Shown here: positions 1 to 10,989 of the stretch, in pieces
Layout of the letters: the number at the start of each line of letters is the position of its first letter
How positions within the stretch are numbered: position 1 is the stretch's first letter
Assembly (NCBI RefSeq): GCF_011745625.1
Contig: NW_027191470.1
Span: 124,001 to 188,000, forward strand
Origin: Cladosporium halotolerans
Lineage: Eukaryota
Direction: 5' to 3'
DNA: 64,000 nt
The notes under the pieces: generated by a model
What the model saw: only the letters and a program-made list of their open reading frames with translations
What the model was told of the DNA's origin: nothing
Databases searched by the model: none
Made by a program: the position numbers and the translations under genes

Positions 1-1485
1 GTTGATCATCATCGTGCCCATCGCTCTGACCTCCATGGGAAGGAACTCGTTCGCTTGCCACGGGACGCAGCCTAGGCCTGCCGCATAAAAAGCGACGAAT
101 AGGATCATGGCTACCAAGACGAGGTATGCAGGCCATCCCACGGAGTCGGAGGTCAGCTCAAGTGTCTTGTGGTCGATCGGCACCCAGACAAACGCAACAG
201 CGGCAAGTACTAGGCAGACCGGCATGCCCCACATGGTCCAGAGCAGAAGGCGACGGCGTCCAACACGGTCAATGATGAAAATGCTCAAGACGGTGAAAAT
301 CCAGTTGACAACGGCGACCACACTGCCGACGGCGATTGGGTTGGAAAACCCGACAATGTCGAAGAGGGTCGAGGAGTAATCTGAAGGCAAGTCAGTTGAT
401 TTCTTCGTAAGCATTCACCCGGAGGTCTTACACATGAGCGTGTTGAATCCGCAAAATTGCTGGAAGAACATCAAGCCACAAGCAGCAACACAGGCTCGGA
501 GGTTTGCTGGGATCGTGAAGAGCATGCTGAGCGATTTGCGCAGCGAGATCTCCTCGTTCAAACTCTTCGCAGCGTTGACGCCATGCTCGATCGAGATGAG
601 TTTTTCTTGGACCTGTTGTTCCGAGGCATTCACGTAAATTCGGCGAATGACGCGCTCGCACTGATCTCGGCGACCATGGTACATGAGCTGTCTCGGCGAC
701 TCAGGACACCAGAAGAGGAGAATGCCGAGGACAATTGAAGGTAACATGCCCAATCCGATCATGTAGCGCCAGCCATGAGCGACCTTGTAGAATGCTGCAT
801 CGAATGCATAAGCAAGCACTGAACCAGTCCCGAGGAAGATCATGTCAACAGAGATCATCCGTCCTCGGAAGCGTGCAGGACTGATCTCGGCGATGTACAG
901 GGGAACAATCATGCTTGCGCTGCCAACACCGAGGCCGATGCAGAAGCGGCCGGCACACATTTGAGCGATACTGAATGAAGTCGCTTGAACGAGGGCGCCG
1001 ACAGTCTTTTTGATAGTATCATGGTCAGCTGGTGTTTGGGTGTCTTCCATTCCGGGCACTTACGAAAAGAACACTGGAGAACCAGATCGCGGGCTTTCGA
1101 CCATACTTGTCAGAGGTGATACCTGCCAGGATGGCACCCACGAGCGCACCAGCAGCACACAGCGCGGTAATAGCTTCTTTCTCAGAGTCGGTGACTTCCC
1201 TGCCACCTAGATCTGTGCCGAGCACCACAAGGACACCCGATATGACACCAGTATCGTCTATGGTCGTGTCAACCTATGCAACGTCCCTTCTTCGTTGGAA
1301 TCAAACTTACAGCCAAAAAGCATGCCTCCGATAGCTGTTGCTGCTGCACACAGCCAGACAAATGCACCCGGCTTGGTGTCTTCGATGGTATCCAGCCTGC
1401 TCATGTCGTCTGCGTTCTCGATCATAACGGCCCCGTGCTTCTCAGTGTGGACATTATCGTCGACGATGTTCTTTTCTGTGGCCAT
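1..1485 (-). CDS. MFS sugar porter, myo-inositol transporter (ITR) type; 3' end runs off the window
   Basis: Spliced model: exons 1485-1311, 1257-1064, 1005-432, 380-<1 with GT..AG introns. Motifs GGMLFGYDTGVISG, DKYGRK, PLYIAEISPARFRG, PESPR, FQQFCGFNTLMYYS and DRVGRR are sugar-porter signatures; overall sequence resembles fungal ITR transporters. Confidence 0.88.
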
Positions 1486-1734
1486 TATAATGTATGTCTG
1501 TCTTGGCAGATGTGTCTTGGTAGACGGTAAGGTTGGTGTTCGGAAAAAGGATGGCGCGTCTACACTACCAAGATAAGATGATGGCAGATCAGTGAAAAAA
1601 CAGCGTCCTCAAGGGAGATATATATACACCAGGGCTCTACCATGTGCCTTCATGTCTCTACCACAGTCCGGACAGATGAGCCCGCGAAGAGTCTAGCCCG
1701 GTAACCCTCGCCCTACCTAGAATGAGGCTGCATT

Positions 1735-2016
1735 CTGGGGATCCCGCATCTTGCACCTCGTAGGTCTGGGGAAGCTCAAACCTAGATCTTGCATGACACA
1801 CCCGCCAAGTCATGCTGCGACTTTATGAATACTGAATCGAGGGTATGCTGAAAATTCCCCGCCCTGTCTCCCTTCTTTGTGATGCTGCCAAAGAAGTTGT
1901 GGCGCTGGGAGGCGCTCCGAAGCGACAGCGTTGTGAGCCCCGAGGTCAACCCGACCTCACTAATCAGGTTAGAGTCACCGAGATCATGGCAACTCTCACC
2001 GAAACACCCACTGGGG
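1735..2016. promoter_or_regulatory. Cluster of CreA/Mig1-type SYGGRG sites in the divergent transporter/dehydrogenase promoter
   Basis: CTGGGG at 1735, 1766 and 2011 and CCCCGC (GCGGGG on the minus strand) at 1857. The motif is short and can occur by chance; it fits carbon-catabolite repression of polyol genes. Confidence 0.3.
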
Positions 2017-2339
2017 AGAGGCAGCGGACGCCCGGCGGTCCTTTCCTCTTCCGCGCAACAAATTACTCTCTACGGATCTCCATCCCACAACAACGACAAA
2101 GCCGTGGATAGATCGCGCTGAGTTGTGTTCTCTCAGGCAATTGACCCACGGGGTACCTATGGAGCTCGAACATGTCGGTCTCCACTGCTCAGATGGATCA
2201 ATGAATATAAGTATGAGCGGTAAGGACTTGCATTTCCTCCTTACCAGCTTCAGTATTCACGAGCAAACTGCTGCTGTCCTCTTTACGTTTCGTGTTTCTT
2301 AGACTTCCTTTCTGCACAATACAACAGATAACGAAAAAA

Positions 2340-3410
2340 ATGGTCCGCAAGCTGAAAGTGGCCGTCAGTGGCCTTGGCCGAATGGGTGCTCGCCATGCCA
2401 TCAACTACCTTGAGCGCACTCCGCGAGCCGAGCTAGTAGCGGCTTGTGACCCCAACCCGGAGGTCATCGCATGGGCAAAAGGCCGTCTCGAGCCCTCTGG
2501 AGTCACCCTTTACACGGACTTCGACGAAATGCTCGCCCACGCTGGCGTTGAGGCTGTCATCGTCGCCGGTATCACTACCGAGCATGCACCGCAATCCATA
2601 AAGGCCATTCGGGCAGGCAAGCATGTCTTATGCGAGAAACCTCTGTCTACAGACGTTGGCATCAGCCAGGGAGTACTCGACGTGGCGAAGCAATACCCGC
2701 ATCTCAAGGTCATGACTGGGTTCTCGCGCAGGTTCGATCAGAGCTACCGCAATGCGTGGCAAAAGGCGGACGCCGGAGACATCGGACGCCCTGTCGTGTT
2801 CAGATCGCAGACCTGCGACAAGTACCGTGACGATGATTACTTCATCGGGTACTCGAAGAACTCTGGATCGATCTTCGTCGATGCATCCGTCCACGACATC
2901 GACCTTTCTCTCTGGTTCTTTGGTCAGGACAGTATTGTCAAGAGTGTGTCGGCTGTCGGCACTTGTGCTCGCTACCAAGGACTCAAGCAGTATGGCGATG
3001 TTGACAATGGCGTCGGAATCGTCGAGTTCTGGGGTGGAAAGATTGCCTACTTCTATGCATGCCGGATGATGGCAGTAGGACAGCATGACATGACGGAAGT
3101 GATTGGCACACATGGAAAATTGACGATTAATGCCAACCCGACTCATGACCTCGTGGAACACCATGAATCCACAGGTATCCGAAGAGAAATCGCACAAACA
3201 TACTGGGATCGCTTCGAGCCGGCATTTATCCGGGAGAGCAATGAGTTTACAGAGGCCGTCCTTGATGACAAGCCACTGCCATTCAAGCTATCAGGCGCGG
3301 TCAAGTCCTTGCAGATTGGTAGTGCATTGCAAGAAAGCCTGCGGACTGGCAAAAAGCTCTTTTTCGACGAGACTGGCAGCCCTATCATCGAGAAGGTGGC
3401 GAAGCTGTAA
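2340..3410 (+). CDS. Gfo/Idh/MocA NAD-dependent oxidoreductase, probable myo-inositol 2-dehydrogenase-like
   Basis: Single exon from ATG 2340. Rossmann GLGRMG, HVLCEKP, GFSRRFD and DxxVHDID motifs. Divergent from the inositol-type transporter. Confidence 0.85.
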   Translation: MVRKLKVAVSGLGRMGARHAINYLERTPRAELVAACDPNPEVIAWAKGRLEPSGVTLYTDFDEMLAHAGVEAVIVAGITTEHAPQSIKAIRAGKHVLCEKPLSTDVGISQGVLDVAKQYPHLKVMTGFSRRFDQSYRNAWQKADAGDIGRPVVFRSQTCDKYRDDDYFIGYSKNSGSIFVDASVHDIDLSLWFFGQDSIVKSVSAVGTCARYQGLKQYGDVDNGVGIVEFWGGKIAYFYACRMMAVGQHDMTEVIGTHGKLTINANPTHDLVEHHESTGIRREIAQTYWDRFEPAFIRESNEFTEAVLDDKPLPFKLSGAVKSLQIGSALQESLRTGKKLFFDETGSPIIEKVAKL

Positions 3411-4647
3411 AGTGTTTATGTAGCCAATTTATCCAGCGGATCAAATGCATAATTTGCATCAAGCTCTTATTCTTATGATCAGGACCGGCAAGATCAAGTT
3501 TCCGTACTTTCTCCACCAGCGCCGTTGAGTAGCGACCGGGACGAACAGCGACACTTGCGATCTTTACGCGGCTATCCGTATGAGGGATGCCGGAGATGGA
3601 CGTGATGAAGCCCATAGACCAAGCCTCTCACCGCAACTACGACTTACACGATCTTTGGATACAGGCGAGCCTTCTCCTTGCCGCCTCCGCACCCGGAGAT
3701 AGCGTTGAGCGCGTTGCAGCGTAGCCCGAAGATCTTCCAATCTAACCCCGTGGGGGGTGTTAGCACAAACAGCAAACAATAATAAACACCCGTGAGCAGC
3801 TAATGCATCCGATTGAGCTTACCTCGCGCTTGGATACAGGAGACGGACACGGGACAGGTCCAGAAAATTCAATCAGCGTCACTTTTGAGGTGGCGAGTCT
3901 TCCTATTCAGCCGCAAACCTGGGCTGCAACGCCACCGCAAGGAACAGGCAACTCAGCGCCGGCAGAGTGAACCGAATGCCAACGACACCACGAACCTTAT
4001 TCGAGACCTGGAGAAGGCTTGAAGATTTGCTGGGGAGTTACTTTTTACAGGCCCTTTGCAACAAAAGTCGGGGTCGTTTCAGCTAGGGCAAGGTCAGCCT
4101 CACCGGACGATTTTAGAAACATCACGTGATAAGCTTCCGCCAATCAGGCTTCAGCGTTTGATCTCCGATACGAAATTTGAGAAACCTAACTTTGACGACC
4201 GCATGAGTCTGATAGTCGTCACCGGCGAGATAACGCATCAATTGGGGCCATTAGTCGACACGTCGTCGTCGAAGATGCTGGCAGGACGAGTCGTAGACGC
4301 AAATTCGCGTGGGCACACCGACCAGCCAGGCCGCCGCCCTCCACGTGTGAGACGTGGTCTGGTCTCTAGCCTCTCAACACCCGGACCCTTCCTGAGAAAA
4401 AATGGATCTCCGTCCAGAGTCAGTGCGAAAAACTAGCACGCCGGTCCACCCGGTCCACCTAATGATGGCAGCCCTCTGTGTGTCCATGATTGCATCATAC
4501 GTACACCCCGGAGTCAATAACAACGCTGCCGGCCTCCAGCGGTGAGCAATCTGCCACGCACTTCCTTTCACTCTCCTTCTCACATTTCTATCTCTCCGCT
4601 CCATCTCTCTTACACGCATTTACGAATTTGTTACGCCCTCTTCCATC

Positions 4648-6177
4648 ATGCCGCACAGCACAGAATCATCCCTCAGGCTGAACAGCCAGAACCTGCCTGA
4701 AATCACGAAGAACAACGTCCAGTCCACAAACTACGACCGCAAGGCAGCAAAGCATGGCATCGTTCACATTGGTGTTGGTGGCTTCCACCGCGCCCATCTT
4801 GCCGTCTATGTCGACAGAATCCTCTCGCAATTCCCGTCCAACGACTGGTCCATCTGCGGTGTTGGCCTGACGAAGTGGGATGTTGCCATGCGCGACGCCC
4901 TTACCCCTCAAGACTACCTTTACACTGTGATTGAGCGTGGTGCTGGCGGCAGCAGTGCGCACGTCATCGGGTCTATCACCGACTACATCTTCGCCCCTGG
5001 CAACAGCGAGGCTGTCATCTCAAAGATGGCTCAGCCCGAGACGCACATTGTCTCCCTGACCATCACCGAGAGTGGCTACTTTTACAACGAGAACACACAC
5101 GAGCTTCAGACGGAAAACGAGGATATCCAGGCCGACGTAAAGGGTGATGGACCTCCGCGTACCACCTTCGGCTACCTTTACGAGGCCCAGGCCCGCCGCC
5201 ACGCCGCTGGCCTCAAGCCCTTCACTGTGCTTTCTTGCGACAACATGCAGAAGAACGGCAGCATTACACGCCACATGCTTCTTTCTTTCGCTAAGCTCAA
5301 GGACGCTAAGATTGCTGCATGGCTCGAGGAGAACGGCGGTTTCCCCAACAGCATGGTTGACCGCATTACTCCGCGCACTTCGGACGAGGACAAGGCGCTG
5401 CTGGCCAGCGAGTTTGGTGTCGAGGACGCATGGCCTGTTGTCACTGAGCCCTTCATGCAGTGGGTTCTTGAGGACAAGTTCTCTGACGGACGTCCTCCGT
5501 TCGACAAGGTCGGTGTGCAGGTCGTCAAGTCGGTGCACGACGTCGAGCAGTTCGAGATGCACAAGCTGCGTTTGCTCAACGCCAGCCACACTGCTATCGC
5601 CTACCTTGCCTATCTGGCTGGTTTCCAGTATGTGCACGAAGTGCTTGCCGACCCTACCTGGAACAAGTACATTTCCGACATGATGCACCTCGAGGTCAAG
5701 CCGCTCCTGCCGGCCATCCCTGGTGTCGACATCGACAAGTACTGCGCGACCCTCATGGAGCGCTTCTCCAACCCTACGCTCAAGGACGAGGTCGCCCGTC
5801 TGTGCATTGGCGGTTCCGGCAAGCTCCCTCAGTTCATCATGCCTTCTGTCGCTGAGCAGATCATGCGCAAGAACGATGGTGTTGAGGATGCGCCGCTGAG
5901 CCGTCTTACACTCACCGTTGCCGCCTGGTTCCGCTATCTCACCGGCCTCGACGAGAAGGGTGCCGAATACACCATCCGCGCCCAGGACGAGCCCGCCATC
6001 GAGGACCTGCAGGTCAAGGCTCGCGCTGGCGGCAAGGAGCCGACCGAGCTTATGAGCATCCGCAACCTCTTCGGTGACGATCTTCGCGACGACAAGCGCT
6101 TCATGGGCGAGCTCACCAACGCCCTGCACAGCCTTTACGAGGTCGGTGCTAAGGCTACCCTTGCCAAGTACGCTTAA
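4648..6177 (+). CDS. Mannitol 2-dehydrogenase (long-chain mannitol dehydrogenase family)
   Basis: 509 aa single exon. IVHIGVGGFHRAH, SLTITESGY, SCDNMQKNG, FPNSMVDRITP and KLRLLNASH motifs; strongly biased codon usage. Confidence 0.93.
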   Translation: MPHSTESSLRLNSQNLPEITKNNVQSTNYDRKAAKHGIVHIGVGGFHRAHLAVYVDRILSQFPSNDWSICGVGLTKWDVAMRDALTPQDYLYTVIERGAGGSSAHVIGSITDYIFAPGNSEAVISKMAQPETHIVSLTITESGYFYNENTHELQTENEDIQADVKGDGPPRTTFGYLYEAQARRHAAGLKPFTVLSCDNMQKNGSITRHMLLSFAKLKDAKIAAWLEENGGFPNSMVDRITPRTSDEDKALLASEFGVEDAWPVVTEPFMQWVLEDKFSDGRPPFDKVGVQVVKSVHDVEQFEMHKLRLLNASHTAIAYLAYLAGFQYVHEVLADPTWNKYISDMMHLEVKPLLPAIPGVDIDKYCATLMERFSNPTLKDEVARLCIGGSGKLPQFIMPSVAEQIMRKNDGVEDAPLSRLTLTVAAWFRYLTGLDEKGAEYTIRAQDEPAIEDLQVKARAGGKEPTELMSIRNLFGDDLRDDKRFMGELTNALHSLYEVGAKATLAKYA

Positions 6178-6712
6178 GCATACAAATAGTAGTGCGAGCG
6201 AACGAAACTGTTCCTCGAAACGCTATTCGTTTCCTTGCTTCAAGCGATTGCCTCTTCGGCTGCGCTCACGGGCTTTCGGTGGTCTGGCAATTTACTCGTC
6301 GTTGCCTCCACGCGATGATTACATGTTCGGTGCTCTGGTCGACGGCGTCGCACTCTGCCGAAGGGGCACGCCGTCACGAAGTTACGCTAACCGACACGAG
6401 CGATGCCTGATCATGACATATGACCAGTCTGTGCGTCGCACCTTTCATGTACTTTTGCCCACTCAAGAGATGGAGATACCTGTAGCGAATGCAACATATG
6501 GATAACAATACGGGCTTGGATATAGACATCGGTTCTTGTTTCCATCGAGGAGCAATAAGATTATATGCTTACGGATTGTAAGCTACAGTCTGTTTGGAAC
6601 CGGTCAGCGCCATAGATATAGAGGTATACATCGCAAGTTCTTCGAAATCATACTATCTCACATTCAACGATTTCCCCACAGACGTGAAATCGATTACAGT
6701 GCGTTTGCTGTG

Positions 6713-8520
6713 TCAGACTGCAATCTCTTCGAGTTTCTCCAGGATCTGTGCGCTTTGTCAGCGATCGAAGCGCACCTTGTCGAATGGTGAGCGTCACGAA
6801 CATTCTGTATGTACTGCACTCCCATGACAACGCCATCGTCGTCATCCGAAAGAGCGTTAGACTGAGCAACCCCACTGCCCTTTTCCAGGCATGTCAGGCA
6901 CGCCAGCACTACCTCACAATACCGATCGCCCATGGAGTTGGGAAGTCTCTCAGAGGCAACCCCTGTCAGCACGCGCTTCAGCTCAAACGCCCGCTTCCTC
7001 TCGTCGCGCATCTGCGGCACCGCAGCGATTTCATGCAGTCCGGGCAGGATTGCCTCTTTGCCATCCGGCCCGATGGCGTACTGCACGAAGGAGGTCCAGA
7101 CCCCAATCTCGAGCAGGCATACTCCAAGGCTGTACACGTCGTGGTGCATGTTGTACATTTCTTCAGGTACCATGCCCTGCCGAGTTGGGTGACGGTAAAG
7201 ATTTTGATTCCATAAAGTGTCGCCGAGCATGTATGTATAGCCTGCTGCGGGGCGGAAGCGTGAGAAGCCAACGAGATAAGAGGCTCCAGAGTCGGTGGTG
7301 AGCACTATCTCGGGTCGGATGTTCTTGTGGACAAAAGATGCGCTGTGCAGAAAGATCACGGAGCGTGCAATGCTCCTTGCAATGATTAGTCGAGAGGTCA
7401 GCGATGGTGCAGAAGTCCGATTGAGAAGCAGGTCTCTAAGGGAGCGTGTGCTCGACTGGGCTATTTTAGCAAGCCGTTTCAGACGGTCCAGAGCATTTTG
7501 CTTACCACTGCCTTCGTTTCTTGTCCATCCTGAGGTGGTAGGATCCTCCCAGAAACGACACGCGCTGCTGGGGGCATTTGGAAGACCAGGGAAAATCCCA
7601 CCAGCGTTCCCTCGCTCATATTCTTCCTCACACCACTACATGCCAGCAAGCTGCATGTGATAGGATCTAGCTTGGAGAGCACTCTAGCAAGCTTCTGTAT
7701 ATCTCTGGACACTTCTGCCTCGCTCGTTCCCGGAGTGTATTGTACGTTGTCAAGTACGGCAAGCGCATGGTTGTCCGATCTGACTGACACCGTGGCTGTT
7801 GAGAAGCTCACGGGACTGGGCGAGCAGAACACCAAAGTCTCCGGTAAGAAGCCTATGAGATCGCACTGTGCGTCTTCATTTGCTCTTTTCGCATCACGAA
7901 GGTCTCCCAAGATATTTACGGGTTTGCGTCGAGCGCTGTCCTGTGACTTTTGTCGGCGGATTTCGACGTCGGCTTCCACGCCGGAGAGTCGAGCGATTAA
8001 GAACCAGGAAGGATCCCATCGTCTGTACCAGGTCTCTAAATCGTTGACCGATTTTTGAAGAGTCTCTTTGCGATAGAGTGCGTATGTCAGCTTCCTGCAG
8101 AAAGGTCAACCCCACATCACTGTGTCGACCGTCTCGCGAGAGCTTCAGCACCTTTCAAACGACGAAGACTTCGCGAACTTCTCGATGATCTTGATCAACT
8201 CCAAAAGCCTCATTTGCAATATCGCAAGCATTCGACTCTGGATATATTGATACTCGTCACCCAGGCTGGACGCTGTCCGGCGAAGGACCAACACTTGTCG
8301 CTCTATGCGGGCCCAGACAGCGCGAACGAGGAGCAATAGCTCTTGCACTTCCGTATCCGCATTTTTAAAGTCGTTGCAGATGGCGATAAGCGTCTTGCCA
8401 TATCTGGGGATCCTCCCGTATCAGCCTAACAATGATACTGGCCGATGATACTGGGGACACTTACTTTATACAAACGTCAATCGTCGAGACTACACCCAAA
8501 CCCACGCCTGCTGCCTCCAT
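6713..8520 (-). CDS. HeLo-like (prion-inhibition/propagation-type) N-terminal helical domain plus C-terminal pseudokinase; MLKL-like architecture, about 527 aa
   Basis: Five exons 8520-8465, 8403-8152, 8094-7506, 7455-6802, 6745-6713 join into a 1584-nt open frame; the intron 2 donor GTGCTG is weak. N-terminus MEAAGVGLGVVSTIDVCIKYGKTLIAICNDF...KLTYALYRKETLQKSVNDLETWYRRWDPSWFLI. C-terminal kinase-fold motifs FLHSASFVHKNIRPE, YLVGFSRFR, LYRHP and DVYSLGVCLLEIG. Confidence 0.8.
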
Positions 8521-8878
8521 GATTACCTGCAATCGGCCCTCAACGTCCGTACTATCCTTAGATATCTTCCTGCATGAGTGATGGCGGAAGGTTCTCATCG
8601 CAAGGAAATACACCGGAGCGTCGAGTGCGCGGGTGCTAGGCTGGGGCTGAGCATTTGGGCGCTTATGCACGAGGTGCATGGCACCGCCACACATGCATTA
8701 GCGAGCTCTAGCTGAAAGGCACTGCCATGAGGCGGTACAAGGTCACGAGAAGGACCATGTTTTGAATCAATCTTCGACTCGATGGACCTATGTCAGCTAC
8801 TCGATGCCCAATTCATGGCCCGACCGCCAACTTACTCGACCGACTTGTGATCAATTCTACGGATGATGCTCCTTCACT

Positions 8879-10874
8879 ATGGATGATATACTTGAGATCA
8901 CTAGGCTAAGAGAGACTTCAGTGAGTGCGACTGAAACCACACATCGCATTTATCAAGGGCAGGGCCATTGGCGCAGTGAAAGATGGGTCAGGTGTGAGAA
9001 TATAGGTCGGGGCGGCTACGGCACAATCTGGCGTGAGAAAGAGATGCAAAGCCAAAGTAAGCGTGCGTTGTGATAACTCGGTCCTATCATGCTAATGTAC
9101 AGTCCTCCAGAGTTCCGCGCGGTCAAGCGAGTACCGAAACATGCCGCGACCTGGGACTACAAAAAAGAGATCGCGGCGATGGCGAAATGTCGACAGTTCC
9201 CTCATCACTTTGCATATATGCATGGCTGGTATGAGGATGACGATTGCATATTCCTTGCCATTGACTGGTTCGAATTCGGGGACCTGTCACAGTGCGTCAA
9301 CGCTCAGATTCCTGAGGAGCAAGCGAAAGACATCACTGGACAGCTTTGTGCAGGACTTTCTGCAATACATCAAATGGGACTCACACACCGCGATTTGAAA
9401 CCCCAGAACGTGTTCGTGGTTGCTCGATGGCCGCCCTCTTGGAGTGTGAGGATTGGCGACTTTGGTATCAGCAAACGAGTTCAACAGAATGAGACTGCCC
9501 TGAGGACGATGACGGGAACACAAGCATACATGGCACCGGAAATATTCCCCTGGCTTATGGATGATGATGAGACACACGTTTACACCATGGCAGTTGACAT
9601 GTGGGCGCTTGGTGTCGTGATCTACCAACTGTTGACTTTTCAACTCCCATTTGGGGACCACAATCCACTGTACAGGTACTGCAAAAGTAGCAGCAGCTTT
9701 CCTGAAGCACCCTTACTTGACGCAAGGGTGACTACGCAAGGCATCAACATCGTCAAGTTACTCCTACAAAGTCATCCTGGGGACAGATTGACCTCCAGTG
9801 ACAGCTTGACACATCCATGGCTCTGCAAAGCGGTGTCTTTGCCTAGACAGGCAGGCAGTAACAAGATACAGTCAAATCTGGACAAGGCTCTCGAGTTGCG
9901 CAAATCGACTGATTCAACTCTGTCGAAGGCGGCCCAATTCGATCTGACTCCGCCCAGGATACTTGTTCCACACGCGGGAGGCGACGGGAGTGACCAAACG
10001 GCCTCGCACATGAGTGGCCACGGAGCAGGAGATGCTACATCCCAGCTGACAAACGCGATGATCGATACCCTCATGAGAGCTTCTGGTTATCTGTTACATG
10101 ATTCGACGTGGAGCGATGAATCAGCCTTGCAGTCTAATGAGCCCCTAGGTGTCGTGGAACACGGAGACTCCGAGGCGGTCAAGCTAACATCTCATAAAAT
10201 GGGGGGTCCCGAGCGCCCCAAGGTCGTCCAGAACAAGTACGACACTACCGTAAAGCATAATTACAGAGTAAGAGGTACGTTTAGCTCTCACTGCGATCCG
10301 CGCTATCCATCGCTCTGCTGATCATCACACAGTCATTGAAGTGAGCGGGTTGAAGTGTCCTGTACTACCAGGAACAAGCATTTGGAATCGCATTTTGAAC
10401 CATGACCGTACATCCGACGCAGACCTGCCGGGCATCTTCGTCCGGATCTTTGTCGGCCGCGAGCGCTTCGACACTCGAGCAATTAAGTGGAGGCGTCATC
10501 TAGAGTGGGACGAAAGTTTTGACTTGTATATTCCCGAGCCTCATTTCTGCAGAAAATGGATGCGCTGACGCCACCATCAAGGGCATTTTCTCGGAACGAG
10601 ACGCTCGCAGTCAGCATATGGGACGAGCGTAGTGCCAACAGTAAATTCTCTCGGGCCTTAGCAAGAGATTATATCATCACGAAGAAACTCATTGGTCTTC
10701 CAGTCGACGAAGAGAGTAAGTACGCCAACTGCAACACGTGGCTGCTTAGAACTAACTTTTCGAGAAATCATGGAGTATAAATTGCGACACTTTGAGGAGT
10801 CCGAGAAGGAAAAGGACCCAGCAACGCGCAAGTCAGAAATATCCATCCGACTTGGTTTCACGGCGAGACCGTGA
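8879..10874 (+). CDS. Ser/Thr protein kinase with C-terminal C2-like domain, about 592 aa
   Basis: Exons 8879-9056, 9111-10274, 10333-10525, 10582-10715, 10765-10874 (1779 nt, in frame; the last acceptor is a non-YAG and tentative). Complete catalytic set: GRGGYG, RAVK, HRDLKPQN, DFG, GTQAYMAPE, DMWALG. The tail YRVRVIEVSGL..FVRIFV..DTRAIK..WDESFDL..LAVSIWD has a C2 beta-strand pattern. Confidence 0.82.
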
Positions 10875-10989
10875 TTAGTCGACAGCCTTTTTACATCGAG
10901 CTGAAAGTTCGTCATTGGGTGTTGTCATCCTCACTGTCGCCAAGGTCACTGTAATGAAGGGTTTGCTTCCAGATGCTAATATTGAATGA

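Noticed and set aside
3385..4440. Short ORFs between the two dehydrogenases
   Set aside because: No recognisable motifs or consistent splice model; treated as terminator/promoter sequence.
5020..6129. 369-aa antisense ORF over mannitol dehydrogenase, and similar antisense or alternate-frame ORFs over VPS52, the KH protein, medA, PPT1, CIC1 and the permease
   Set aside because: Expected shadow ORFs from high GC3 codon bias; no protein-family motifs.
7456..8151. Apparent stops and frameshifts in the HeLo-like pseudokinase suggesting a pseudogene
   Set aside because: All are removed by plausible introns (8151-8095, 7505-7456) that keep the frame and restore family-like sequence.
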